DNA of 64,000 nt from Octopus vulgaris. Taxonomy: Eukaryota. Positions 1-11,479 of this stretch are shown one piece after another. The notes under the pieces are model-generated. The model searched no databases and had not been told where the DNA came from. It saw only the letters and a list, made by a program, of their open reading frames with translations. The position numbers and the translations under genes were made by a program. Where the stretch lies: contig OX597825.1 in assembly GCA_951406725.2 (NCBI GenBank), positions 24,118,001 to 24,182,000 on the forward strand, in the 5' to 3' direction. Positions within the stretch are counted from its first letter, which is position 1; every line of letters starts with the position of its first letter.

Positions 1-138
1 ATTTATAAATACAAATGACTGAAAAATGCTGAGCTAACCCCGGTCACAATCAAACCCACAAATCAATGCTCACGCGGCTCCTTGCGCATCCGATTCGCCA
101 AACAATATGATGCATGGAAACTATGATGGAAGCCCGTC

Positions 139-192
<54 letters not shown>

Positions 193-324
193 TTAAAATT
201 AAGGATAAAATCTTTATAAGAAATTATCAGTAGTTAGCGTGAAAAACCTCGTAAGAGGAAAAATCTGTAAATTTTTCCACTTTGAAAATATTTATTTATA
301 TTATATAGAGGGTACTATTATTCA

Positions 325-386
325 TTGCACTGAAGAGCATAGAATGCATATTCTGCATTGATTGCGAAATCACAGGTGATATGTAA
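325..386 (+). ncRNA. Type I hammerhead ribozyme (copy 1)
   Basis: ttgca-CTGAAGA(330-336)-gca...aatgca/tgcatt...tgc-GAAA(366-369)-tcac-ag-gtga-TA(380-381)-tgtaa. Stems I, II and III all pair; predicted cleavage after A381. Confidence 0.85.
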
Positions 387-818
387 CTAAATTCTGTTTT
401 TAAATGACTTGCTTTGAAGTTTTGCATTCGGTGCAATTTGTTTATTTTAGTAGTTTTGACTGCAAGAGTCCCTACTAGCGTGCGGTACCAATGAATAATA
501 GTACCCTCTATATAATATAAATAAATATTTTCAAAGTGGAAAAATTTACAGATTTTTCCTCTTACGAGGTTTTTCACGCTAACTACTGATAATTTCTTAT
601 AAAGATTTTATCCTTAATTTTAAATTTATATTTTTCTCCTGAATAGTTCAATACTGAATTTTTATTCCGAATAGGCAGATTGTTACCGAAATGCATTGCA
701 AATAAGCCCGCCATTTTCATAGATATGTAAAGATAAACATTCGTACATGCTACGACGAATTCTACGGTTGGCTGTCGGGTGTGCTATATTGTGTTTTTTC
801 CTTACATGTCTTGAGTTC

Positions 819-882
819 GTTGCACTGAAGAGCATAGAATGCATATTCTGCATTGATTGCGAAATCACAGGTAATATGTAAC
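819..882 (+). ncRNA. Type I hammerhead ribozyme (copy 2)
   Basis: gttgca-CTGAAGA(825-831)-stem II-GAAA(861-864)-tcac-ag-gtaa-TA(875-876)-tgtaac; 6-bp stem I, one mismatch in stem III. Confidence 0.8.
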
Positions 883-2016
883 TAAATTCTGTTTTTAAAT
901 GACTTGCTTTGAAGTTTTGCATTCGGTGCAATTTGTTTATTTTAGTAGTTTTGACTGCAAGAATCCCTCCTAGCGTGCGGTACCTATGAATAATAGTACC
1001 CTCTATATAATATAAATATATATATATACATATATATATATACATATATATGCGCGCGCTGGTGTGTGTGTGTACATGTATTTGTGCTTCATTGTGTTTA
1101 TGTTTGTTCTTTGTTCTCTCCTCCACCATCGCTTGACAACCAGTGTTGATTTCTTTACTTCCCGTCAGCTAGTAGCTCTGGTGGCGATTAATCTAAGTTG
1201 TTCAGGATGGCGGCCCATCATGACCGCAGTTGAATGGCTCAAATGAAAGAAGTCTACTTCACCTTCTTTATATGCATTGAATAATTATCACTTACGCCTT
1301 CATTGTGAACAAAGTTGGGGAGTTCCTTTACCTTCGTACTCTTCTTTCCCTTTCACAGTTTCATTTCATATTTTCTATCAACCGAACTAGACATTCCGTG
1401 TTTTCATTTGCAGCAGCATTCTTTGTTTTGTTTTGTTTTTATGCTGCAATTGTCCATCCATTTTAAATTACTTTTCTTGAATTTCTCTTAACATGAATCT
1501 TGTGCATTGAGCCACTCGTAAGAGGGAAGTCTACATTTTGTTGTAATCGTAATTTTAACTCCCATCAATAAAATTGATTTGCCGCTTAAGTCGTTTAAAT
1601 CAAGCAGATAGATCATTTCAGCAGCGTCACATCATCTCAGTATAATAAGCAACAGCACAAAGAAAGATAAATCTTGTAGTTCCAAGCATTGTTTATGTTA
1701 GCGATCAAATGTAGTTTTCCCTTTTATGGACGATTCACAACAATTGATATCCTCCATTAATATTTTCATCACAAAGATGCCCAGCGCATAGTTTTCTCTT
1801 GTGATAAATATAAATGAGCTGTGTGTGTGTGTAAACGCACGCAGCCTAGTGATTAGAGAACGCTGTGTTCACGATCACAATTTTGTGGGTTTCATTCATG
1901 ATTCGGGTAGCGCGGTGTGATTTTGAGCAAGGCATTTAATTATATTAATGAACTCATGTGTTTTAATAGGTCTTCGAAGTAGCACACTTGGTCCACTAAC
2001 ACTTAGGTAGAGACAA

Positions 2017-2430
2017 GGCGAGCTGGCTGAGACGTAAGCACGCCGGGCGAAATGCGTAGCCGTATTTCGTCTGTCGTTACGTTGCGAGTACAAATTCCGC
2101 CGAGGTCGACTTTGCCTTTCATCCTTTTGGGGTCGATAAATTAAGCACCAGTTACGCACTGGGGGTCGATGTAATCGACTTAATGCCTATGTCTGTCCTT
2201 GTTTGTCACCTCTATGTTTAGCCCTTTGTGGGTAATAAAGAAATAGGTATTTCGTCTGCCGCTACGTTCTGTGTTCAAATTCCGCCGAGGTTGACTTAGC
2301 CTTTCATCATTTCGGGGTCGATTAAATAAGTACCAGTTACGCACTGGGGTCGATGCAATCGGCTTAATCCCTTTGGCTGTCCTTGTTTGTTCCCTCTATG
2401 TTTAGCTCCTTGTGGACAGTAAAGAAATAA
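2017..2430 (+). mobile_element. tRNA-derived SINE family B (Meta-domain-like), dimer
   Basis: Head ggcgagctgg, B-box gttcaaattcc, core gcctttcatcctttcggggtcgataaattaagtaccag; second unit restarts at ggtatttcg (2246); flanked by agagacaagg/agagacatgg. Confidence 0.85.
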
Positions 2431-2705
2431 GAGACATGGTCGTCACACCTGCCTGGGCACCCAGAAAGTAAAGAACCGAAGCAACGACAACCAAGCACTT
2501 TATCCAACTCTCTGACACTTCCGCCAATCCATCGTTCTTGGTTGGCACTTTATTTTTCGACCCCAAAAACTGAAGCTCGCAGAATTTGAACTTCTTACGA
2601 AAAGGTTGACAGAACAATTATTAGAATTCATTCTCTTCCACACTCTAAACCTTTTCTCTGAATTATAAATATTCCACTTATTCTTTCACTCTATTATTTG
2701 TTTAT

Positions 2706-2933
2706 GTGTTTCAGTCATTTGACTGCGGCTATGCTGGAGCACCGCCTTTTAGTCGAACAAATCGACCCCAGGACTTATTCCTTGTAAGCCGAGTACTTAT
2801 TCTATCGGTCTCTTTTGCCGAACCGATAAGTTATGTGGACGTAGACACACCAACATCGATTGCCAAGCGATGGTGGGGGACAAACACACACACACACAAA
2901 CACACCCACGAATCCACCAACCCGCCTTCCCAT

Positions 2934-2964
<31 letters not shown>

Positions 2965-3089
2965 TATATGTATATGTACGACGGGCTTCTTTCTGTTTCT
3001 GTCTACCAAATCCATTCACAAGGCTTTGGTCGGGGCTATAGTAGAAGACATGTGGTTGGTAAGCAAGCTACTTACCACACAGCCACTCC
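2706..3089 (-). mobile_element. tRNA-derived SINE family A
   Basis: Reverse complement of the family seen at 8500, 9018, 30751 and 41690; internal (CA)n/(TA)n tract; deletion in the 5' part. Confidence 0.85.
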
Positions 3090-3455
3090 AACAAAAAATG
3101 CATAAAATATTCTATCAAGTAACAAGAATCTTCTATGTGTTTCTAATAATCCCTTGCTTCAAGACAGTCAAGATGTGCGACTAATTGGTTATGGTATTCA
3201 GGTAATAAAGAATTCATAACCTTAATCGTGAGGTCGTGAGTTTGACTAACTGCGGCGCATTGTCTCCTTGAGCAAGTCACTTTTTTTCACATTGCTCCAG
3301 TCAATTCAGATGGGGAAAATGAGTATTTCAAAGAGCCGACCTTGGCATATACTGTATCACGCTGAATCTCCTTTAGGCTGTTCCGTTGATCGGGTCAACT
3401 GGAATTCTTGTCGTCGTAACTGACGCAATGCCAGCTTATGCTTCAAGACACCAAT

Positions 3456-3503
<48 letters not shown>

Positions 3504-3523
3504 CATACATACATATATATATA

Positions 3524-4090
3524 TTGGGTTGTCCGGAAAGTTCGTGCCGATTTTTAAAGGAAAGAAAATGGTCAATAAATACTTGTCATTACATTTTTAA
3601 TCAATCAAATATGAACCATTTTGTTGCACAATGCGTCTCCATTTTTTCCTTTAACTTGAAAATACCCTCTTCCCAGAATTGAGGTGGTTTCATGGCAAAG
3701 AATTCATCAACGTATCTTTTTACGTCATCCAAGGAATTGAAATGTTTACCGTTAAGACTATTCTGCAGAGACCTGAATAAATGGAAATCCGAAGGAACAA
3801 TATCTTCTGAATATGGACGGTGGAGTAACACATCCCAGCCGAGCTGCGGCAATTTTTGTCTGGTTCCCAAAGCATCAAGTGCCGAAAATGAACTTTTTTA
3901 TCTTCCGTTTTAAAGTGTTACAGAATTAACACAGGTTATAGGAGCATAGATCATCTTCCACGAAAAGATAGCTTAAACTCTGATCTAAATGGAGGTGTAA
4001 TCAAATCCTATTTTATGGACTAAACCATGTTCTAAAATAAGTCGACAGGTAAGCTACTATAATTCGGCACGAACTTTCCGGACAACCCAA
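3524..4090 (-). mobile_element. Internally deleted mariner element
   Basis: TIRs ttgggttgtccggaaagttcgtgccga / tcggcacgaactttccggacaacccaa, TA on both sides; ORF 3601-3870 has LGWDVLLHRPYSEDIVPSDFHLFRSL, a decayed mariner YSPDLAPSDYHLF motif. Confidence 0.92.
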
Positions 4091-4337
4091 TATATATATA
4101 TATATATACATATATATATACATATATAAAACGTTGAATTACGTAATATGGTGACAGTGAAACATGGATGTGAATAATCCATATTTTTATTGCTTTTCTT
4201 TTGTCTTGCTCGATTATGTTTTGGTTATTTTGCTGAATTTATTTCTTGAGAACATTGCTTAGTGGTAAGACCATAGCGGATCTACTTCTAGCATAAGGGC
4301 ATCCACATAGTGGTTTCCCTCTCATATATATAAATAT

Positions 4338-4382
<45 letters not shown>

Positions 4383-4508
4383 TTTATTTTATTTTATTAT
4401 TTTATTTTATTTTATTTGAGAACATAATCTTTGTGGAGAATGGCGATTTGACGTCTATATCTAGCATGTTGACTGTCCACTTTTCGTGTTCAGTCCTTAA
4501 TTGGTATA

Positions 4509-4558
<50 letters not shown>

Positions 4559-7174
4559 CTAGATTCCATTGTTTTCAAGAATTTCGGTTTAAAATATTTC
4601 CTTCCCTTTCCTCGAGAGAAGTTCGGTTCTTTCATCATTTGACAGCGCATGGAAGTTGTTCTATGGACATACACTACTGTTTACATTCAAGAAATTATTG
4701 CTGTTGTTGTTGTGGTGGCTGATGTCACTATTGTCTTTCCATGGAACTCCCACTTCCTGATGTCTTTGTTAAATAAACTACTAATTACGTTGGTTGCATT
4801 TTCAATTAATAAAGAGATTTTATATCTAAACAGAACATTACCATTATCTCAGTATACATTGGAAGTTGCTTCCGTTTCCTTTGAATTTTGTACATGGCTG
4901 TGTTTGGTGATTTAAGTGGCGTTGGGTGGAGGACATGCGTACGCATGCATGCATGTATGTATGTAGGTAGGTAGGTATGTAGGTATGTGTGTATATGTAT
5001 GTGTGTGTTTATGAACGTAGGTGTTTGTGTAGGGTGCATTGGGAGTTGTGAGTGGAGGATTACATAGGGCGGGGTTTGTGAGTGGGAAAGAATATTTTGA
5101 GTTTGCATTGGAGGGGGGCATATGTATGAGGGGTATAAGGTTGTGTATGGGGAGTTTTGTGGGGATTATGTGTGGGGGAAGGCTATGAAGTTATTTTGTG
5201 TGTGTGTGTTTATGTGCATCCGTATTGTTTACCTTCAGGCTCACCTAAAGCAATCAGACCTGATTAAAAGCAGTCCAATCCAACCATGACCACCCTGTAC
5301 ATTTTGGGGATTATATCACGGAGTACTTAACCTAAACTGTCCTTCCTATTCTTGGACGGTGGAATGAGACTTTATATAAATAAGCTGCTACTTCTAGGCT
5401 CCCTTGTTTTGGGCACAAAGCCATAGATTTTAACTCTTACAATATGTCAGTGTTAGAAGTAAGGTTCAATCACTTGAGGGAGTCTCTATGGGGTCTTTCA
5501 ACCTAAAAGAAATAGCAGTTAAATTTTCTATAATTCCTACGCTGTCGTCTTACAACAAGAAGGACATATTGAAAAATATTGACTAGAAAAAAAAACTGGA
5601 TAGTCACAGATGGAATTCCTTTGATCATTGGTTTGCTTAGCCATAACTAACCTGTGGTTAAACAACAAGTACAGCAATTTATCAAAACAAACAGTTAAAA
5701 ACCATAAGATAATTATTTATATCAGTAATTCTCGACATGGGCGATAGTGCTTAGCCTGAGGAATAGTGAAAGTGTTTTCAGCCAGTATTTATCAAGGTGG
5801 GGTGTGGCAATTGGTAGTGGGCGTGGTTTATTTCGGAATGGAGCGTCAGCAACAAGTGAATAAAACTTGTACAAAAGTTTTTATTAAAACTTATTTAGAA
5901 TATATAAATGCCATGTTCTAACACTATCCGGTCATGCTGGAGCGCAGGGCCGATGTTTTCTGGTGGGGTTGGGCAGTAGGAGAAGGAAATCTAAGCGAGA
6001 TGGGGGTACAAATGCGGCTGAAAATCACTGGCCGCGAAGAGAATGTGGGAAGGCAGGAAAGAGTTGGCTGGTCGCAGAAAGAGAAGGGATTCCATGACAG
6101 GGCGAAGGTACTGATTTGCGGAGCGATGGAGCTAAAGGGACACGTTAATACCAAGTGGCAGCAGAAACTAAGCACGACAGATAGACATCCGGATATGATG
6201 ACAGCAAGAAAACAAGAACGGGTTGGTAGGAAAGGTTAAGCAGAATGTATGGCACAAGAGACACACACCTGGGGCCAAAAACAGGATTTCAGTACGATGA
6301 AGTGCCAACAGGGACAAACTATGGCAGATGAGTGGGTTTCAATGACATGAGATGAACATTTTTTCGGTTCTAATTGGTAACTTTGAGACATGTCTAAATG
6401 TATGTAAGAGAACAGATATTTTAAATACTATGTGACGTCAATGCAGGACGCAGAAAATGAAAATAAAATCAATTGACCAAACAGAGGATTACTAAGGATC
6501 AGTAACTTCCGTTGTGCAAAAAAAAAAATTCATAGATTTTATTTATATATATTTAGTAATCGTATTTTATCAAATTAGTCCAACAGGAATGATTTAAACA
6601 AAACTGTATCCAGCTAGAAGGATGCGTGTTCATACAACGGTTCTCGCATAGCAGTGAATGAGATATAGTTCCCTTTTCAAGGAATTAAGCGAAACTACGT
6701 TTGAGGATCTCTTTACCAATTAGTTAGGGAGAGAAGACAGTACCCATGATTTTTGTTTGTTGTTTTCTTAATGCTTTGAATAATGGAAGAGAGGATGTTA
6801 TCTCTAAATAGGAAACCTAGTTCGAATGCTTTCAACAGAATAAATCTCGCTAAATATGTTCAAGGATCAGGTAGTGGTGTGAAACCGAGCGACAAATTAA
6901 ATCTTCCACCTAAGAACACAGAAGGCAAATAGCTGGAACAGGTACTATAAGACATCTCGTGCGACGCTCTCAAAATTCCGCCAATTCCTGGCAGGAATTG
7001 AACCCTGAACTTTTTTAACTCAATATATTTATGCATGCATAAGGCTGGCAGAATGGATACCACGCCAGGGGAATGTGCTTAGTAGTATTAATCTGTATTT
7101 ACATTTTGAGTTCAAATTCTGCCAAGGTAGTCTTTGCATTTTACCCTTTCGGGGTCGACAAAATACGTATCTTT

Positions 7175-7590
7175 TTCTACTCTAGGCACAAGGCCCGAAA
7201 TTTTGGGGGAGGAGACCAGTCGATTAGATCGATCCCAGTATGCAACTGGTACTTTATTTATCGATCCCGAAAGAATGAAAGTAAAGTCGAACTCGGCGGA
7301 ATTTGAACTCAGAGCGTAGAGACATATGAAATACCGCTAAGCATTTCACCCCGCGAGCAAACATTTCTTATTTCTTTACTGCCCACAAGGGGCTACACAT
7401 AGAGGGGACAAACAAGAATAGACAAACAGATTAAGTCGATTATATCGACCCCAATGCGTAACTGGTACTTATTTAATCGACCCCGAAAGGATGAAAGACA
7501 AAGTGGACCTCGGCGGAATTTGAACTCAGAACATAGCGGCAGACAAAATACCGCTAAGCATTTCGACCGGCGTGCTAACGTTTCTGCCAA
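7175..7590 (-). mobile_element. SINE family B, two nested copies
   Basis: Copy with the agccccttgtgggcagtaaagaaata tail abuts the head region of a copy with the other tail type (ggccttgtgcctagagtagaaaaaga); further + strand fragments on both sides. Confidence 0.8.
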
Positions 7591-8499
7591 GTTGCCAACA
7601 AAATAAGTTTCACTTGAGCACTGGGGTCGATGCAATCGACGTAACCTCTTCCTCCGAAATTGCTGGTCTTGTACAAAACTTTGGAACCCTAATATTATGC
7701 CTGTATGCGCAAAAGTCAATATTAATTGTGGTTTTGTTGATGTGCAATTCAAGGAAGATTGAAAAGGTTCCTTTAAATAATTATTTAAAGGAACCTACTC
7801 AATTTAAGTCTTTCAGGAGACCGTACGCAAGATTCAAAAACTTCCAGATAAGTAACAGAAAAAAACACTGAAAACCTATCTTAACAGAATTATATAGAAA
7901 CAGGAAACCGAGATTTAAAGTTTAGCGAGCAACAACTTGGGAACTGAGAAAATATCGATTGGTATCATTTTCTCCGAGATCTTAATGTTCTCTGTTAAAC
8001 TCTATATCATTACATTGAAAAAATTACATTGAAAAATATTTTTCGGATAATTGGCACAACGAAACTTGTTATGAATATTTTTATTGCATTAACCATGTAA
8101 TAAATGTAATGAGCGATATCTGCACAGCTACTTATTACACACTTAATGTGGGCCTCCATAGTAAAATAGTAAAATGTTGATGTTTATACGCGAAGTTTTG
8201 TTGTTCAGTCTTGTAAAATTCCATAGCATGTGGCAGTAATTCAATTTTCACCGCAATTAAACAATTCCACATTGATAAACAATTCGATCTTCAAAAAAAA
8301 TAATAATGTTTGTCTCAAGAAATATTCTTGTCATGTTTGGAAAGCACAGAAGTGTTACGGTATTATGGAAAGGAAAAAAATGTTCTCCGTTTCAAAAACA
8401 ACCGATTAATTCAGCTGATAGAACTAAATAAATATGTCTTATGTATAGGACAATGTTTTTAACACCATTGTATTTTTGCGTTTTTTATTTTTTACTTTA

Positions 8500-8898
8500 G
8501 GCGCAGGCATGGCTATGTGACAAGAATTTTGCTTCCCACCCATATGGTACCAGGTTCAGTCCCACTGGATGACACCTTGAGCAAGTATCTTCTACTATAG
8601 CCTCGAGCCAACCAAAGTCTTGTGTGCGGATTTGGCAGACGGAAACTGAAAGAAGACCGTCGTATGTATTGTGTGAGTGTATGTGTGTATTTGTGTGTCT
8701 GTGTTTGTCCCCCACCATCGCTTGACAACCGATGCTGGTGTGTCTACGTCGCCGTAACCTTAGTGGTTCGGCAAATCAGATCGATAAAATAAGTACTAGG
8801 CTTACAAAGAATAAGTTCTGGAGTCGATTTGTTCGACTAAAGGCGGTGCTACAGCATGGCCGTAGTCAAATTATTGAAACAAGTAAAAGAATAAAAGA

Positions 8899-8900
<2 letters not shown>
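8500..8900 (+). mobile_element. SINE family A, full length
   Basis: ggcgcaggcatggct head with A/B-box-like ggttcagtccc; tail gaaacaagtaaaagaataaaaga. Confidence 0.9.
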
Positions 8901-8930
<30 letters not shown>

Positions 8931-8947
8931 CTGTGTGTGTATAAGTG

Positions 8948-9017
<70 letters not shown>

Positions 9018-9019
<2 letters not shown>

Positions 9020-9380
9020 CGCAGGAGTGGCTGTGTGGTAAGTAGCTTGCTTACCAACCACATGGCTCTGGGTTCATTCCCACAGCGTGGCAACATGGTC
9101 AAGTGTCTTCTACTATAGCCTCGGGCCGACCAAAGCTTTGTGAGTGGATTTGGTAGACGAAAACTGGAAGAAGCCCGTCGTATATATGTATGTATATGTT
9201 TGTGTGTCTGTGTTTGTCGCCCCACCATTGCTTGACAACCGATGGTGGTGTGTTTACGAGACTGATAGAATAAGTACTAGGCTTACAATGAATAAGTTCT
9301 GGTGTCGACTTAGTCGACTAAAGGCGGTGCTCCAGCATGGCCGCAGTCAAATGACTGAAACAAGTAAGAGAGTAAAAGAT
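9018..9380 (+). mobile_element. SINE family A
   Basis: ggcgcaggagtggctgtgtggtaag head directly after (TA)n; short internal deletion; tail caagtaagagagtaaaag. Confidence 0.9.
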
Positions 9381-9426
9381 ATATATATATATATATATAT
9401 ATAGATATATATATATATCTTTTACT

Positions 9427-9464
<38 letters not shown>

Positions 9465-10266
9465 TTTACTCTTTATATATATATATATATATGTATATAT
9501 TACGGCAAAGTCTCAACACCCCAATAAATGAAACGAATACAAATAGAAATGATTGAAATAAACTGCGTTATTCATCGAAGTTGTTCTACTTTATTTCAGG
9601 TTTTCAAGTACTTTTAAAAACTAAACTTAGAAACTGATATCGAAATATATAAAGCGCATTTTTCACTTTGGGGAAAAAATTAATCAGCATTAGATATGGA
9701 AGTTAAAAACCGATACTGCTACTCTGAAGTCTGTAGAGAGAACATAGAGCTATGCAGATACACTTAGAGTGAACGGAAAAATTAGTTTGCACTGCAATGA
9801 TAAATGTTGTTGTTGTTGTTGTTGTTGTTATTGAATATAGAGAAAATTCGGTGTCTGGTGTGTAGGTAGGAACATTTCAAAATCATAATGTGCAGTTTCT
9901 GTTACGAAGAAAAAAACAAGACACAAATAGATAAAGGGGAAAATAACAATGATTGCAGAGTGTAAAAAGTTTAAAATTTGTTGAACTAAGAAAGAAAAAC
10001 AAAAAAATGCTGGAACAAACTTGAAAATCAAAAAAATAACAAATAGAATCCATTAAGTTGGGAAAAAAACGAAATCAGAGATAAAAATTGATTTAAGAAA
10101 TAGTTTTAAACTTGGATATTCCCATTTAAGTTCTTCGTACATGATGTTTTTATAAGTATGTATGCATGCATACATGTATGTAAGTAGGCATGTATATATA
10201 TTTGAATGTATATACATACATATATGCATAATATATATATATATATGTGCATATATATACATATAT

Positions 10267-10298
<32 letters not shown>

Positions 10299-10429
10299 GC
10301 ATATATATATACATATATATACATACATATATATACATATATATATATATGAATGTATATACATACATACGTAACCGAGAGGAAAATAAAACAGGAGAAT
10401 CAGTTAAACTTTTGTTGTAATTTACATAA

Positions 10430-10495
10430 TCTTTACATGTGTTCGTTACATTAGATGATTGCATAATTACGTTAGGACGCCAGTTCTTCAGAAGA
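10430..10495 (-). ncRNA. Degenerate hammerhead-like motif
   Basis: Minus strand tctt-CTGAAGA-40 nt-GAA(c)A-catg-TA-aaga: stem I tctt/aaga, palindromic ACATGT stem III; GAAA interrupted and stem II weak. Confidence 0.45.
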
Positions 10496-11248
10496 AAATT
10501 GTAATTTAATCCAACCTCGGTCGGTAACTAGAGTGAAATGAGAACTGCCTGTAAATTCTGAAGAACAATTTAATATCGTAGTTAATACCAAACAAAATTC
10601 AGAGGACAAAAGTTCTTTGAAAATCTAAATATACATGGAGTTCTAAATAACGATTAAATGTTATGCTGTCACAATAATGAGACACTCTGGGGATTCTAAA
10701 TGTCATGCAGAATAGAGGTAATTGAAAGGCCTTCAAAGTGGAAACATCTAAGTAAGGAACGTATATGGCACGAGAAATGAAATCATATTCCGCTATGAGA
10801 TTAAAATCCTCTTATCGGTAGTAAACTACAACGGAATCTTAGAAAACTAAAGTAGTACAGATATGATAATCCTTATGCCTAACACTGACAGCAGCTCAAT
10901 ACGGCTGCCGTCAGAGAATGATAAATTTATAACAGCAGTTGTAGATGTGTCAATGGCCAAGAGGATACAAGCTATATTATCTATAGTTTTGAGAGTTCCT
11001 AATTTTGGTGCTGAGGCAGACTTCAAAGAATAAACACCTGGTGACAATTGACGATTGAATCATAAGGTAGATATGAATATTGGAAAATTTCTCATATCTA
11101 AAAATGTGATTAACAGCACAGGGACTTCTAATCTTATTGATAGAAGCTCATCTCGGATATATTAGAGGCACAGTGACCCCCAATTGCCTGCCAACATTTA
11201 ATATATATATGTATAGGCGAGCGTTTAATGTATATTTAAGGCGGAGAA

Positions 11249-11479
11249 GGCGGCGAGCTGGCAGAAACGTTAGCACGCCGGGCGAAATGCGTAACCGTAT
11301 TTCGTTTGCCGTTACGTTGTGAGTTCAAATCCCACCGAGGTCGACTTTGCCTTTAATCATTTCGGGGTCGATAAATTAAGTACCAGTAGTGTACTGGGGT
11401 CGATATAATCGACTTAATCCGTTTGTCTGTCCTTGTTTGTCCCCTCTATGTTTAGCCCCTTGTGGGTAATAAAGAAATA
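11249..11479 (+). mobile_element. SINE family B inserted at the head of an older family B copy (11489-11705)
   Basis: 14-bp duplication tatatttaaggcgg at 11231-11244 and 11480-11493. Confidence 0.85.

Larger units (their letters stand above)
185..1018 (+). mobile_element. Non-coding hammerhead-bearing element with Penelope pseudo-LTR/retrozyme architecture (inverted partial copy + 1.4 tandem units)
   Basis: Perfect 143-bp inverted repeat 185-327/489-631; 199-bp direct repeat 325-523/820-1018 with 4 substitutions, period 495; (TA)n on both sides; each direct repeat starts with a hammerhead fold. Confidence 0.8.

Noticed and set aside
296-1129. Two similar minus-strand ORFs (296-577 and 683-1129)
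   Set aside because: Similarity comes from the direct repeat; no protein motif, and the + strand carries the ribozyme.
5750-5790. CTGAGGA-atagt-GAAA hammerhead-like string
   Set aside because: No stem II beyond 1 bp and no stem I pairing.
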